Source: Octopus vulgaris (taxonomy: Eukaryota). From it: DNA of 64,000 nt. Where the stretch lies: the NCBI GenBank assembly GCA_951406725.2, contig OX597822.1:82274001-82338000 (forward strand), in the 5' to 3' direction. Positions 51,372-63,314 of this stretch are shown here, one piece after another (positions within the stretch are counted from its first letter, which is position 1; each line of letters begins with the position of its first letter). The notes beneath the pieces are model-generated. The model had not been told where the DNA came from. It ran no database searches and saw only the letters and a list, made by a program, of their open reading frames with translations. A program made the translations under genes and the position numbers.

Positions 51372-53314
51372 AACAAGTATTCCATTTCAGCTGATCAATG
51401 GAACAGCCTGTTCATGAAATGAATGTGAAAGTGGCTGAGTGCTCCTCAGACTTGCATACCTTTAATGTAGTTCTCAGGGAGATTCGGCGTGACACAGAAT
51501 GTGACATGGTTGGCCCTTTTTTGAAATACAGGTACAACTCATTTTTGCCAGCTGAATGGATTGAAGCAAAGTGAAATAAAGTGTCTTGCTCAAGGCAACA
51601 AATACGCTGCCAGGAATTGAACTCACAGCCTTATGACTCTGAATTGAATACCCTGACCACTAAGCTATCCACCTAGATACATTATGCCTGAAGAAAAGGA
51701 GACAGAACAATGATATCTGGAACATCTTTGATCGTATGTTTGTGCAATCAGGATTGACTTGGAAATATACAACAACAAAAAAACATACATCAGCTCTAGT
51801 CACCAATATTCTTGCCAGTGACCCCTACTATTGAGGGCATGATGGACCCTACCTGATATGGGTACTGAATTTAACTGGCTGCAATTGACTGTAACCCATG
51901 AGTGCTAGGACTTGAGACTGTAATGTCCAAGTGTTTATTGATGATGTTTGGGCCACAAATAAGAGCTTACCACTTGACACCAGAACTCACTCCAAGGTAG
52001 TCCAACCCCTTATCCACTCAGTTCAACAAACCGTCAAGCCAGTGGTCATTCAACATGCTAGAATTAGCAGCCAAATCTCCCATAAATGCCAGTCTACCAT
52101 TATAAAAAAAAAAAGGACACAGCATTGTCTAAGATACGTTGATTCAGCAAATAAGATGAGATGGTCATGGATGAAATGCCTGTGATCACAGGTTTCTGCC
52201 TGGTCTAATCTGGGTTAAATAAGAACAACAGCAAACTCTAAACTCTCTTGGAAATGTCTAACACACGCTTAATGCCTTAAATCACAGGCAGAAGCATGGA
52301 ACTGAGTGGATCATAACAAGACATTGCATTGATGAGAGCAATGGTGGTGGTGGTGGTGGTGGTAATGGGTGGGGTGAGGAGGAGGAGGAGGAGGAAGAGG
52401 AGGACTTTAAATCTTGTCAATGAATCGATAACGATTGTTTGTGTCAATGAAGATTTGTGGTGAGAGTGAAGATGTTTGTGGGGATGATGACGGCGATGAT
52501 GATGATGATGATGATGATGATGATCGTGATGGTGATGATGATGGTGATATTGATGATGGTGATGTTGATGATGACGATATGATGATAATGACTAAAAATA
52601 GCTGATGATCATAACTTGTGATGATAATGATGTTTGTACTGGAGCTTGATAATGATGAAAGGTGCAATAAATGATGATGACGAGGAGGAGGTGAGGAGGA
52701 GGAGGATAGTGAAAATACTACTGCTTCTCTCTTGTTACCATCTCATTCAAAGTAGACAATCAGCAAATCTTTAATGCCACAGAATTGATAATTTTCATTT
52801 TGCTCCGCCCATTTTCACTGCCAGACTCTGATTCCAATCTAAACAACAATTCTTGTTTTTCTTCTCCTCCCCCACCCCCCACCCCCAACATTCATCTTTG
52901 CATCAAAATCTTATTTCCTTCATTATTGTTATTATTTATGAAGAAGGCGCGGGGTTTAGAGACAGGTGTTGCCCTCCAGTGTGTTTTATGGAAGACGGAG
53001 AAAGAATGGGGAGATAAACAATGCTAACTGGATCTATTCTGATTTACGTGATTGTAAACAGGAGACAAGAAGCTGGGTCAGGGCACTTTTGAGAAAGACT
53101 AGAGGACTTCAGAACTTTGTGTGAGGTTTACTCTCAATTACCCTGAGTGGTTTCCCCCACCCTTACTGCTAGGGGGTAGTTTTCCTTATTTTCATTTTAT
53201 TTCTATTTATAGCTGTTGTTAATTGTACTTCTTGCCCCCCCCCCCCCGTACTTCTTTTCCCTTGGTCTTCAGCAACGGAAGGTTTAATGGTCAGTAAAAG
53301 ACATCATTATTCAG

Positions 53315-53545
53315 GGTGGCAAAGTGGTGGAATCATTAGTGTGTCAGACAAAATGCTTGGTGGCACTCCTTCTGGCGGTATTTCATCTGTCTTTACGTTC
53401 TGAGTTCAAATTCTGCCAAGGTCAACTTTGCATTTCATCCTTTCGGGGTCAATAAATTAAGTACCAGTTGTGTATTGGGGTTGATCTAATCGATTGGCCT
53501 CACTCCCCCAAAATTTCGGACCTTGTGCCTAAAGTAGAAAAGAAT
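53315..53545 (+). mobile_element. SINE family A
   Basis: Head, core and tail 'ccttgtgcctaaagtagaaaagaatt'. Confidence 0.85.
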
Positions 53546-54369
53546 TAAAAAGATTTAAAAAGAATTATATTGGATGGTCATGGTTGTAATGTCTTTGTGA
53601 TTAGCTCTGCTCAAATAAGGCTGTTGTGGAGCTTAGTGTCAATAGCTCAACTCTAAGAGGAATTTTGGAATTTCATGCTACACTCTTTTTTCCGATGGTC
53701 AAGATTTTTTCTTTTATTCTTTCTTGTTGTTACTGCTGTTGTTGTTTACTTTCATTATTACCATAAGTGTAACAGATTTAAAACAAAAAGTGTCATTTTT
53801 GTGAAATGAGATACAAACTGCAAGTTAAAAACAATGCGAAACATCTGAAAAGCCGATAAAAATAAATATAATTCATAATAATTCCTCTTTGTTTTCATTT
53901 GTTTGCGTGTTTTCTTTTTTCGGTAGTTTTTTTTTTTTTTTTTTTAGAAAGTCTGGTTGAATTGTTGAACCTAAACAATGGAACTTAGCCATTACCAGTT
54001 TCTTCCAGATTCTCATTCTCATCAAATGCACAAGATCGATTTTTATAGAAACAGAAACTTAATTCTGTCTGGGGGAAAAAACATGATTCCCAATGATACA
54101 GCAATATCCTAGAATACGTAGAAAATAATTTAGCAATTCTGAGTTTTGGAACCAACAAAGACTATTGTGTTATTCTGTCAGAACCGAATTAATTCCCATT
54201 CTGTGATTGAATTTGATTTTTCTCAATGTATTACAAATTGAATTTCTAAAAGAAAAAAAAAAGATTACCATTTTTTTTCTCTTTTTTTTTTGCCTTACTA
54301 TTTTTATATTTATTTTAATTCTGATTAACCAAACAATAAGTGCAGAAATAATTCACAAGTTTTTTCCCA

Positions 54370-54663
54370 TGCCGGTGCCATGTAAAAAGCACCCATGCTG
54401 GCACCATGTATACAGCACTTGTGCCAGTGCCACTTAAAGAGCACTTGTGCCTGTGCCATATCAAAAGCATCTCTGCTGGTAGCAAGCAGAAAGCACCCAG
54501 TTCACTCTGTAATGTGGTTGGTGTCAGGAAAGGCATCCAGCCATAGAACGTAAACCAAGACATACAACTGGAGCCTAGTGTAGCCCTCTGGCTTGCTAGC
54601 AACAGTCAAGCTGTCCAACCCATGCCAGCATGGAAAAAATACATTAAATGATGATGATGATGA
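54370..54663 (+). mobile_element. Family C element
   Basis: 5' GTGCCA-containing units, body and (GAT)n tail. Confidence 0.75.
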
Positions 54664-55959
54664 GGTTTGGTTATTTCCTTACTTTAGTGGCCAAGATTCC
54701 TCCCTATCACCCTTCCTCCCATAACTCAAACACTATCCCCGCTCGAAGACTGAATTCAGATTTTTCCCTAAGGTTACAGACATTCCAGTGGCAATGGAAT
54801 GATAATTGTAAGGGCAAGAAAGTCTGAGAGGCAGTTGATATTAATAGGAAATGATCTTAACACAGAATGTGCATCAAACTATCAGGATTAACCAGATAAT
54901 TGCAAATATTTCCATATTCTTTCCACTTTACAGATTGCCAGCAAATTATAACATGATTATGACATACTTAAATCACTTCTTTCTTCTTCTTCTTCTTCTT
55001 CTTCTTCTTCTTCTTCTTCTTCTTCTTCTTCTTCTTCTTCTTCCTTATCTTCCTCCTCCTTCTTTCTTCTTTCCTCCTCCTTCTTCTCCTCCTCCTCCAC
55101 CTCTTTCCTTATCTTCCTCCTCTTCTTCCTTCCTCCTTTCTTCCTTACTCTTCTTCCTCTCCTCCTCCTCCTCCATATTTATGCTACTTCATATTCCGAA
55201 TGCAGCAAATCTTTGCTGTTTGGGATTATTCTTATTCTTAAGAAGGAGAAGAAGAAAAAAAAATAGAAACAAAATAGTTATTATGTAACTATCTACCTGT
55301 TTTGAATGGTGGATTCTCAACAGAAATGTGTTATATAAATGTGAGCAAGTGTCTGTGTGTATGTGGAAGAAAGGAAATAAATGTATGTATGTGGGTGTCT
55401 TTTTGCAAGTTTGTGTGCACGTATGTATTTATTATTATGAATATCATTCTTTGTGCGTGTTCCTTTTAATAGAATTAAACTTAAATTTCAAGAATTTGTG
55501 ATTTCATGCTGATGAAAGCAGCAATTTTTTATTAGAATTAAAATCAAATATGAAACTTCATCCTAATAGTTGATGAGACTCCATCAGCAGGAAACCTTAG
55601 GTTCAAGAAATTTAACATAAGTTATACTGAAAAGAATTGTTTATCCACTCCATTAGCATTGAGTACTCATTCATACAGTTTGCTCCTAACATTTATGAAT
55701 GTCATCATCATCATCATCATCATCATCAGCCTCCTTCTTGCCATCATCATCATCATCGTCATCATGATCATGATCACCATTATTGTTTTAATGTCAACTT
55801 TTTCATGCTTGTGTGGGTCAGAAGGAGTTAGCTGAGATAGATTCTCTACAGCCAGATGCCCTTCCTGTTGCCAACCCTCACCTGTTTCCAAACCAGGTAA
55901 TATTCCCTCAAGGCCAGACATGGTTGCACAGGATATTAGAAATGACATGATTTGGGCAA

Positions 55960-56425
55960 TGCTGGTATGAGTTAAACAGTTTAATTGGAACTGTTAAGCT
56001 GGAGAGCCATACCAGGTTCCAGTCTGATTTGGCATAGTTTCTACAGCTGGATGCTCTTCTTAGCGCTAACCACTCCAGGAGTGTGCTGGGTGCTTTTGTG
56101 GGCCACCAGCATGGAGCCATTTACATGGCACCAGCAACTACTACAGCTACAATTCACAGGTGCCATCTACAAGGCACTGGCTGCAACCATGATTCACAGG
56201 TGCCATTTATATGGTACTGGCAGTGACCATGATTCACGGGTGTCACTTATATGGCACGAGCAGTAACCATGATTCACAGGTGCCATTTATATGGCACTGG
56301 CAGCAACCATGATTCACGGGTGACACTTATATGGCACTGGCAACAACCAAAACTATGATTCATGGGTGCCATTTACATAGCATTGGTAGCGACCACAACT
56401 ACAATTCACGGGTGCCACTTACATG
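55960..56425 (-). mobile_element. Family C element with a 5' 40-bp tandem array (56150-56425)
   Basis: Unit GATTCACAGGTGCCATTTATATGGCACTGGCAGCAACCAT, about 6-7 diverged copies, adjoining the C body. Confidence 0.8.
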
Positions 56426-57528
56426 TACTTCTGTGTAAAAATGCTCTTGAAACAGTTCTTCTTCGTTACAGATACTTCCTTGTTACTCTCCCCACCGTCA
56501 CAAATGTAACGAACCCATGGTGGATCCATTGGAAACTTGTAGACAATGAAGCTAATGTTTACAAACTGTGATATAAAATAAATAAATACGATAACAACCT
56601 GTCAACACTCAACAAGTTGATAATTCTGTTTGAAACACTGCTTAGATTATGTGCTACTTTATCTTGCATGGACATGTATACTGTATGCACAGACATAGCT
56701 GTGTGGTTAAGAAGATTTGGCTGGTATTTCTTGAAGAAGATAGTAAAGGTTGCAAGAGATTTGGCTGCTGTTTCTAGCAGGATGAAAGACTACATAAGAG
56801 GTCATTGTTGGTTTGTAGAGGTTGAGTTGTCATGACAAGGTTCCAAACTGCTTGTTCTTGAGGTTGAAATGCTCTGTCTTCAGCTGGCAGCAATCATCCT
56901 GCTATATATGGTTAGATGAAAGGGTACCCCTTCAAATTATAGGGTACCCTTTGAGAATGCCACTTTGTGGTCACTCACTCTGCTAGATATAGCAACCACA
57001 TCTTAACTGTCTTAAATAAAAGAAAAGCACACATTGGATTATATAGTTTTAGTAGGGGGTGGTCATAACTGCAATGTCTTTGATTGAAGATTTGCTCAAT
57101 CAGGGTTGACCTGAGACTTAAGAACAGCAACTTTAATAACTCACGTTAGTTTTCTTTTCATGTTAGAGATGTAGCCAGTTTCTAGTCATTGGTTTTACAT
57201 CTGTTTTTCTAGGCTGGCTTGGGTTGGATGAGTAAAGATCTGAGGTAGTATTTTTATGGTTGGTTTCTCTTCCTTTTAACAACCTTTTCTTGTTATATTA
57301 ACTAAGAGAGGTTTTATTCCACTTCTTCAAGAAGATGGAATTATGGGATACAGTGTTCATGGCAATATAAACACAATGTTTCTGTTTATCACTTTGATGA
57401 TCTCATGTGGAAAGCACAAATGCCAAGTAAGTTCTATGGATCTATGATGAAAGAACAACCTTTTATTTACTGTACATAATCATCGCTAACAGGCAGCCCA
57501 CCATTATTATTATTATTATTATTATTAT

Positions 57529-57587
<59 letters not shown>

Positions 57588-58699
57588 TATTTATAGGAAT
57601 GAGGTAACTCCTCCAGGAGGTGTACAGAAGCCAAAAAAAGGCAGAGTCCAGTCCCATTGTTATTAAGTGATTGATATTTTGGCATTCTTTTTTTTGCTTC
57701 TGTATACGTTCTGGAAGAGTTACCTCAATCCTATAAAATATTACCAAAAATGAAGTAGATTGACAAGTTTATTTTTTGAACCTGTGGAAGGCACACTAGA
57801 TGCCAAACAATTTCACCCTTCTTTTTTTTTTTTTTTTGCTATTATTATTGTTGTTGTTGTTGTTGTCAAGGCAGCGAGCTGACAGAATTAGAAGCACACT
57901 GGGCCAACCATCTGAATGCCAGTTTTATATCTTGTGTGCTGTGATCCATTTCTGAATATAGAATTCTTATATCAATAACCATCCAAAATTGAAACTGAAG
58001 ATTTTAGTTAGAATTGCATCAAATCACATCGCATTTTGTTATGCAGCATCAAACTAAGTCCTCATTTTGCTGTGTAATTAGTTGAAAACTAGTCAGAACA
58101 AAATCAATAACTCTGATTTTCTGGTATAGTAAATAAAATTCACAACTGTACTGTATATCCCAACAATATAGTTTATTAGTCATTTAACAATGTTACTAAG
58201 TACGCTCTGTTGCTATGGTAACTGTGTAACTATTTCTAGAGTGGCCCAGTGACTCTGATAGGTTAGTTTTATATGTTAATTTAGTCAATAGATTTGTTAT
58301 AAGAAGAATAGGTTTCAGATAACAAGATTAACATTTAAATATGAAAACCTTTCAGACAAACCTTTTAAGTTATTGCTTGGCTTTGGTTTCTTGGCATTGA
58401 CCCAAGGGGAGATAAATCTCTGCTGATGACAGCGACAACAACGGAAACATTGAGCAAACGTGTGCATGGTCTCTTTACCTGCATGAAATAGCAGTCAATC
58501 ACACCTCCTTGAACCACACCTTACTATCTTTAAAAAAGAAGTAGGATGAGACACTGTTAGATGATGTCATCCAAAATATACTTGTGAAAAGCAGATTGGT
58601 CACAGCTGAGATACATTTCATTACAAGTCTGTTTTAGCACGACTGATCTGAAGATAGATAATAATAGAAACAATAATGATAATAATAATTATGGTGGTC

Positions 58700-58892
58700 T
58701 CAAATTTTGACATAAGGCCAGCAATTTCGGGGATGTGGTAAAGCAATTGTATCGACCCCAGTACTCAACTGGTACTTATTTTGTCAGCCCCAAAAGGATG
58801 ACAGGCAAAACCAACCTTCTAAGAATTTGAACTCAGAAAGTGAAGATGGACAAAATGTTGCTAAGCATCTTGCGCAGCATGCTAACAATTCT
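58700..58892 (-). mobile_element. SINE family A (diverged)
   Basis: Core 'atcgaccccagtactcaactggtacttatttt...ccccaaaaggatg...atttgaactcagaa'. Confidence 0.75.
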
Positions 58893-58897
58893 GACGA

Positions 58898-58948
<51 letters not shown>

Positions 58949-59145
58949 TGATGATGCAGCATGAGGTGATCCAGAAGACGGAATTGTTGGACACAGCATA
59001 CATCTAAGGAGAGTATTGTCTCTTTGAGTCACAGGAGAAGGCACTACTTGAAACCTTTATTGATCTGTTGTTGCCTGCTTTCAAGTAATGAATAACCAGT
59101 AATTAAGAACTGTCTGAGAGGCTTTCATAATAATAATAGTAATAA

Positions 59146-59825
59146 GCGCTAAGAACAAATTACATAAAATACAGAATAGACAACACAGCAGAAAGTGATA
59201 AGTGCAGAATTTGTGGACAAAATGGTGAAACCATATGGCATATTACCAGCCAATGTACACCACTAGCCCAGAAGGAATATAAGAGATGCCACAACAATAT
59301 AGCCAGGCTTGTCCTCTGGACACTTTGCAAAATTTGTATGACCACAAACCCGAAGGCATCGTCGAAAATAGAAATGCAAAGATCCTATGGGATTTTATGA
59401 TTCAGTGTGACCATGAGATAGAGAACAGAAAGCTGGACATAGTCTTAATTGAGAAAGAAAACAAACTATGCTGGATTATAGATGTAGCATGCCCAGCTAA
59501 CAACAAGGTATATGATGAGGAAGAAAGAAAAGTCGAGAGATATGACAGGTTAGCTTGGGAGGTTAAGATGTTGTGGTCGATGAATAAGGTGGTAGTAGTA
59601 CCAATAATTGCTGGAGCCTTGGGAACAGTGAGTAAAAATTTTGAGAAGTACATGGAACAAATAGGGGCTGCAATAAGGATGGAGCACTTGCAGAAAACAG
59701 CACTGCTTGGAACCACTTGAATACTCCAGAAAGTGCTCGAAAAATAAGGGGTGTTACCTTAGTTCACTGGTAGTGAACAGCTAACACCATAGTACATCGC
59801 CAGTGTTAGAAGCTGTGCAAAGGCA
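59146..59825 (+). pseudogene. 5'-truncated R4/Dong-like non-LTR retrotransposon: CCHC knuckle, restriction-like endonuclease and 3' UTR
   Basis: CRICGQNGETIWHITSQC (C-x2-C-x8-H-x4-C); frameshift; KILWDF..RKLDIV..IIDVACP..K..Y..VVPIIAGALG; premature stop; (TAA)n on both sides. Confidence 0.9.
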
Positions 59826-59831
59826 ATAATG

Positions 59832-59871
<40 letters not shown>

Positions 59872-59873
<2 letters not shown>

Positions 59874-60215
59874 GAAAAAAATGATGTTAGGCACACCCCA
59901 GAAAAGGTCACAAAAACTGAGAGAGCAACCAAACTCTGGAATATACCAAAACACACAGATAGAGAAATTAAGGCCAATAGGCTGGATACAGTTGTCAGAG
60001 ATCAACAAGGAAAAAAATGCTTTCTAATCGATGTATCAATACCAACAGATGACAACATTTCTCTAAAAGAATTGGAGCAACTTGCAAAATACAAAGATCT
60101 GGAAATAGAGGTAACTCAAATGTGGAGCCTAAAAACAGAAACAATTCCTATCTTAATAGGCACATTAGGTATGATAAAAAAAAACATTCAGACACATACA
60201 TAACAAAATCACCGG
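59872..60215 (+). pseudogene. Second, different R4/Dong-like REL endonuclease fragment
   Basis: LWNIPKHTDREIKANRLDTVV..CFLIDVSIPTD..KYKDLEIEV..MW..TIPILIGTLG. Confidence 0.85.
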
Positions 60216-60309
60216 GACACCTGATAAAGACTGGAGAGTACATCGGCCAAAACTTTGTGTTAACAACAAACAAGATGAGGACAAATATCCATTAAATGTA
60301 AATAATGTA
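60215..60309 (+). repeat. Family D tail with a decayed hammerhead
   Basis: gacacctgataaagactggagagtacatcggccaaaactttgtgttaacaacaaacaagatgagg; core positions mutated. Confidence 0.8.
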
Positions 60310-60814
60310 AAAAATGACAATATTGTGCAGCAGAGGCCTCAGCCCAACTGAAGCATTTAATACATGTCTGGTGTAATGGATCTGGTTATCAAGTTGTACA
60401 GGACTGATCAATTATACGTGATGATCAATCAGTTCAAACAGAACCTACTTAATAAAATCAATAACAATAGATGGACAATGATTCTCTCCATCCACTTTAG
60501 ATTACCTGATGGACGAACTTTTGATGAAGTAGTCCTTCTCCAAGGCTTTTTGATCTGCTAGAAACAACAGCCAAATCTCATACAAATTACAGTCGAGCCC
60601 TCTTGGAAAGGGGAAAGGCACATTAAATGTTGTAGTCCTAGATATGCAATGTCTGTGAGAAGAAAGACAGAGTGGTCATGGTTGGAGAGTCTTTGCATAG
60701 TTCTTAAAGAAACATTATCATCATTATCACCATTTAACATTTGTTTTCCATGCTGGCATGGGTTGCACTAGGATGGAAATATGGAAATATTAATATTTCA
60801 TCTTTTTTATTTTT

Positions 60815-60995
60815 TATCTTTTACTTGTTTCGATCATTGGACTGTGGCCATGCTGGAGCACTGCCTTGAAGGGTTTTAGTTGAACAAAACAGCCTTGGTA
60901 CTTATTTTTAAAGTCTGATACCTATTCTATTTTTTTTTCTTGCTGAACTCCCAAGTTACAGGGATGTAAACAAACCAACACCTGTTGTCAGGCAC
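60815..60995 (-). mobile_element. SINE family B, 3' half
   Basis: 'ttttacttgtttcgatcattggactgtggccatgctggagcactgcc...'. Confidence 0.75.
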
Positions 60996-62309
60996 CCACA
61001 CATCTATTTGCCTCCCCAATCCATGCACCATTGATCATCCCCACCCCCTGCATCCACCATTCTCTTACATCCACCCTTTCAACCCCCACCCAATTTAAAC
61101 AAAACGCCAAGCAGAAATTGAAGTAGATGGTGAATATGCTCCAGAATAATCATTTAAAGATGCTTATGTTAAATGTTGTTATTGTTTTTGTTGAATAAAT
61201 TTTATTGGGAAAAAAGCCACAATAATTATGCACCAACCAAATAGTATAATCTCAAGCTTAAATCCATGACCTCCACATCAGACTGTGGTTGGTAGAGAGA
61301 ACATGCTGAGGCCTTTGTCCTGCAATGGACTGAACACAGGCAATCCAAATCTAAATCCAGTGGCTAGTTTAAATGCTAAAGGATTAACCTTGTCTCAGTC
61401 TGGACTCTTTAGTACCTGCACAATGATTCAACAGAATGTGAAGAACATTCAGCTTGGAAGATTGAATGTTTAGCATGATGGATAACAAAAACCCAAAAAA
61501 AAAAAAAAAGGATAAAAGATGGAAGGTTTCTATATATCAAATGTTCATCTCAAGTAGCACACAGCTTTCTTTTCATGTTGAACCTTCAAAACAACTTACC
61601 AAAAATTCTGTTGAGGTTAAAAGTGAAAGGTTAGTGTGTTGAAGGAAAACAGAAAAACATTTGTCAGGAGATGGCTTCCTGTTTTTTGCATTATTTGTCT
61701 TTTATTATTTTCCTTTTTTTTTTTGTTATCATTTCATTATATGTAAACCCCACCACTTTATGTCTGTCTTTGTGTTGTCCCCTTCATCCTTCACCCTGGT
61801 GGCAAATAAAAGAAATCATCATCATCATCATCACCATCATCATCATCATTATTATTATTGCTCTTCCCCCTCCTCTTCTGTTCTCTGAATGCTACATCAT
61901 GAAAGGGTGGAGGTGGTGGCAGTGGAGGTCAATGGTAGTTTTTATGGAACAGTTATACTCATGATGTTGTTCATGTTTAGCACACAGCCTGGTCTGTAAT
62001 CAAAGCCTTTCCAGCTGTGACAGTCCTGTCTATTTCTCAGGTATATTGCAGTGGTAAGGACTATATTATCACATGAATATTTCCCTAAAATCCATTGGAT
62101 GTAATTTGAGAGGGAGAAACATATAAACAGGCAGAGATCTGGCTGCTATTTCTAGCATGTAGATAATCTTACAGAGCAGTGGAGTTCATTATGACCTCTG
62201 AGATTCCATATAATAATTTTGTAGTTAAGGTTTGTTCGTAAATAAATTGGTCATACTTCTATAATACATAAAATATTTCAACAATCTTTTTATACAATTC
62301 CTAATAATT

Positions 62310-62750
62310 ATTTCTGTTCTAGGCACAAGGCCATGAAAATTTGGGGGGAATGGGGTTAGTCGATTACATCAACCCCAGTGTGTAAATGGTACTTATTTCA
62401 TCGACCCCAAAAGGATGAAAAGAAAAGTCGCCCTTGGCTGAATTTGAACTCAGAATGTAAAGACAGACGAAATACTGCTAAGCATTTCGCCTGGCATGCT
62501 AACAATTCTGCCAGCTTGCTGCCTTTATAGATATCCTTTTCTATTCTAGGCACAAGGCCTAAAATTTTGGGGGTGGGGGCCAGTCAATTAGATCGACCCT
62601 AGTATGCAACTGGTACTTAATTTATCGACCCTGAAAGGATGAAAAGGTAAAGTCAACCTCAGCAGTATTTAAACTCAGAATGTAAAGCCAGACAAAATAC
62701 TGCGAAGCATTTTGCCCGGCGGGCTAACAATTCTGTCAGCTCGCTGCCTT
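62310..62750 (-). mobile_element. Tandem pair of family A SINEs within one 18-bp TSD
   Basis: Copies at 62310-62525 and 62536-62750; TATACAATTCCTAATAAT at 62291-62308 and 62752-62769. Confidence 0.85.
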
Positions 62751-62785
62751 ATATACAATTCCTAATAATATTCCATTATGAAAAT

Positions 62786-62959
62786 GGCAGCAAGTTGGCA
62801 GAAACGTTAGCATGCCGTGTGAAATGCTTTGCGGTATTTCATCTGTCTTTATGTTCTCAGTTCAAATTCCACCAAGGTCAACTTTGCCTTTCATCATTTT
62901 GGGGGGTCGATAAATTAAGTACCCAAAATTTCAGGCCTTGTACCTAGAGCAGAAAAGAA
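62786..62959 (+). mobile_element. Family A SINE, opposite orientation, internally deleted
   Basis: TSD-like tattccattatgaaaat (62769-62785) / tatttcattataaaaat (62960-62976). Confidence 0.85.
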
Positions 62960-62986
62960 TATTTCATTATAAAAATATAATAGGAT

Positions 62987-63314
62987 TTGAAAGATACAAA
63001 AATAATTTATTCTCAAACATCTGACAATCCTAATACAATAGCATGAACAGGATAATCTATCCATATATTACTGAAAAATTCATTACCGGCCAGCCATGAG
63101 ACTCAAACTCATATCTCTCTGATTACATGTCAAGTCTTTTACCTTTGAGCTAAACTGCCCAGTAATGAATTGTTCTGCAATGTTAGGATTTATAAATCTA
63201 GCTTTATAAGACGGTAATGAATTTTTCTGCAAAATATGGATAGTTTATCCTGTTCATGCAATTTTATTAGCATTATCATGCATTTGAGAATAAAATTATT
63301 TCTGTATCTTTCAA
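62987..63314. mobile_element. MITE-like element with ~100-bp imperfect TIRs enclosing a tRNA-like sequence
   Basis: 62987-63088 is reverse complementary to 63212-63314. Confidence 0.8.
63089..63159 (-). pseudogene. Degenerate tRNA-like sequence (possibly Thr-TGT derived)
   Basis: GGCAGTTTAGCTCAAAGGTAAAAGACTTGACATGTAATCAGAGAGATATGAGTTTGAGTCTCATGGCTGGC: TAGCTCA..GG A-box, ATGAG-TTTGAGT-CTCAT T-arm, tRNA length. Confidence 0.55.

Noticed and set aside
55570-55605. Hammerhead-like TTGATGA...GAAAC (also 58423-58450)
   Set aside because: No stem II pairing; likely chance.
56919-56952. Two GGGTACCC palindromes 22 bp apart
   Set aside because: Short, single occurrence, explained by a small local duplication.
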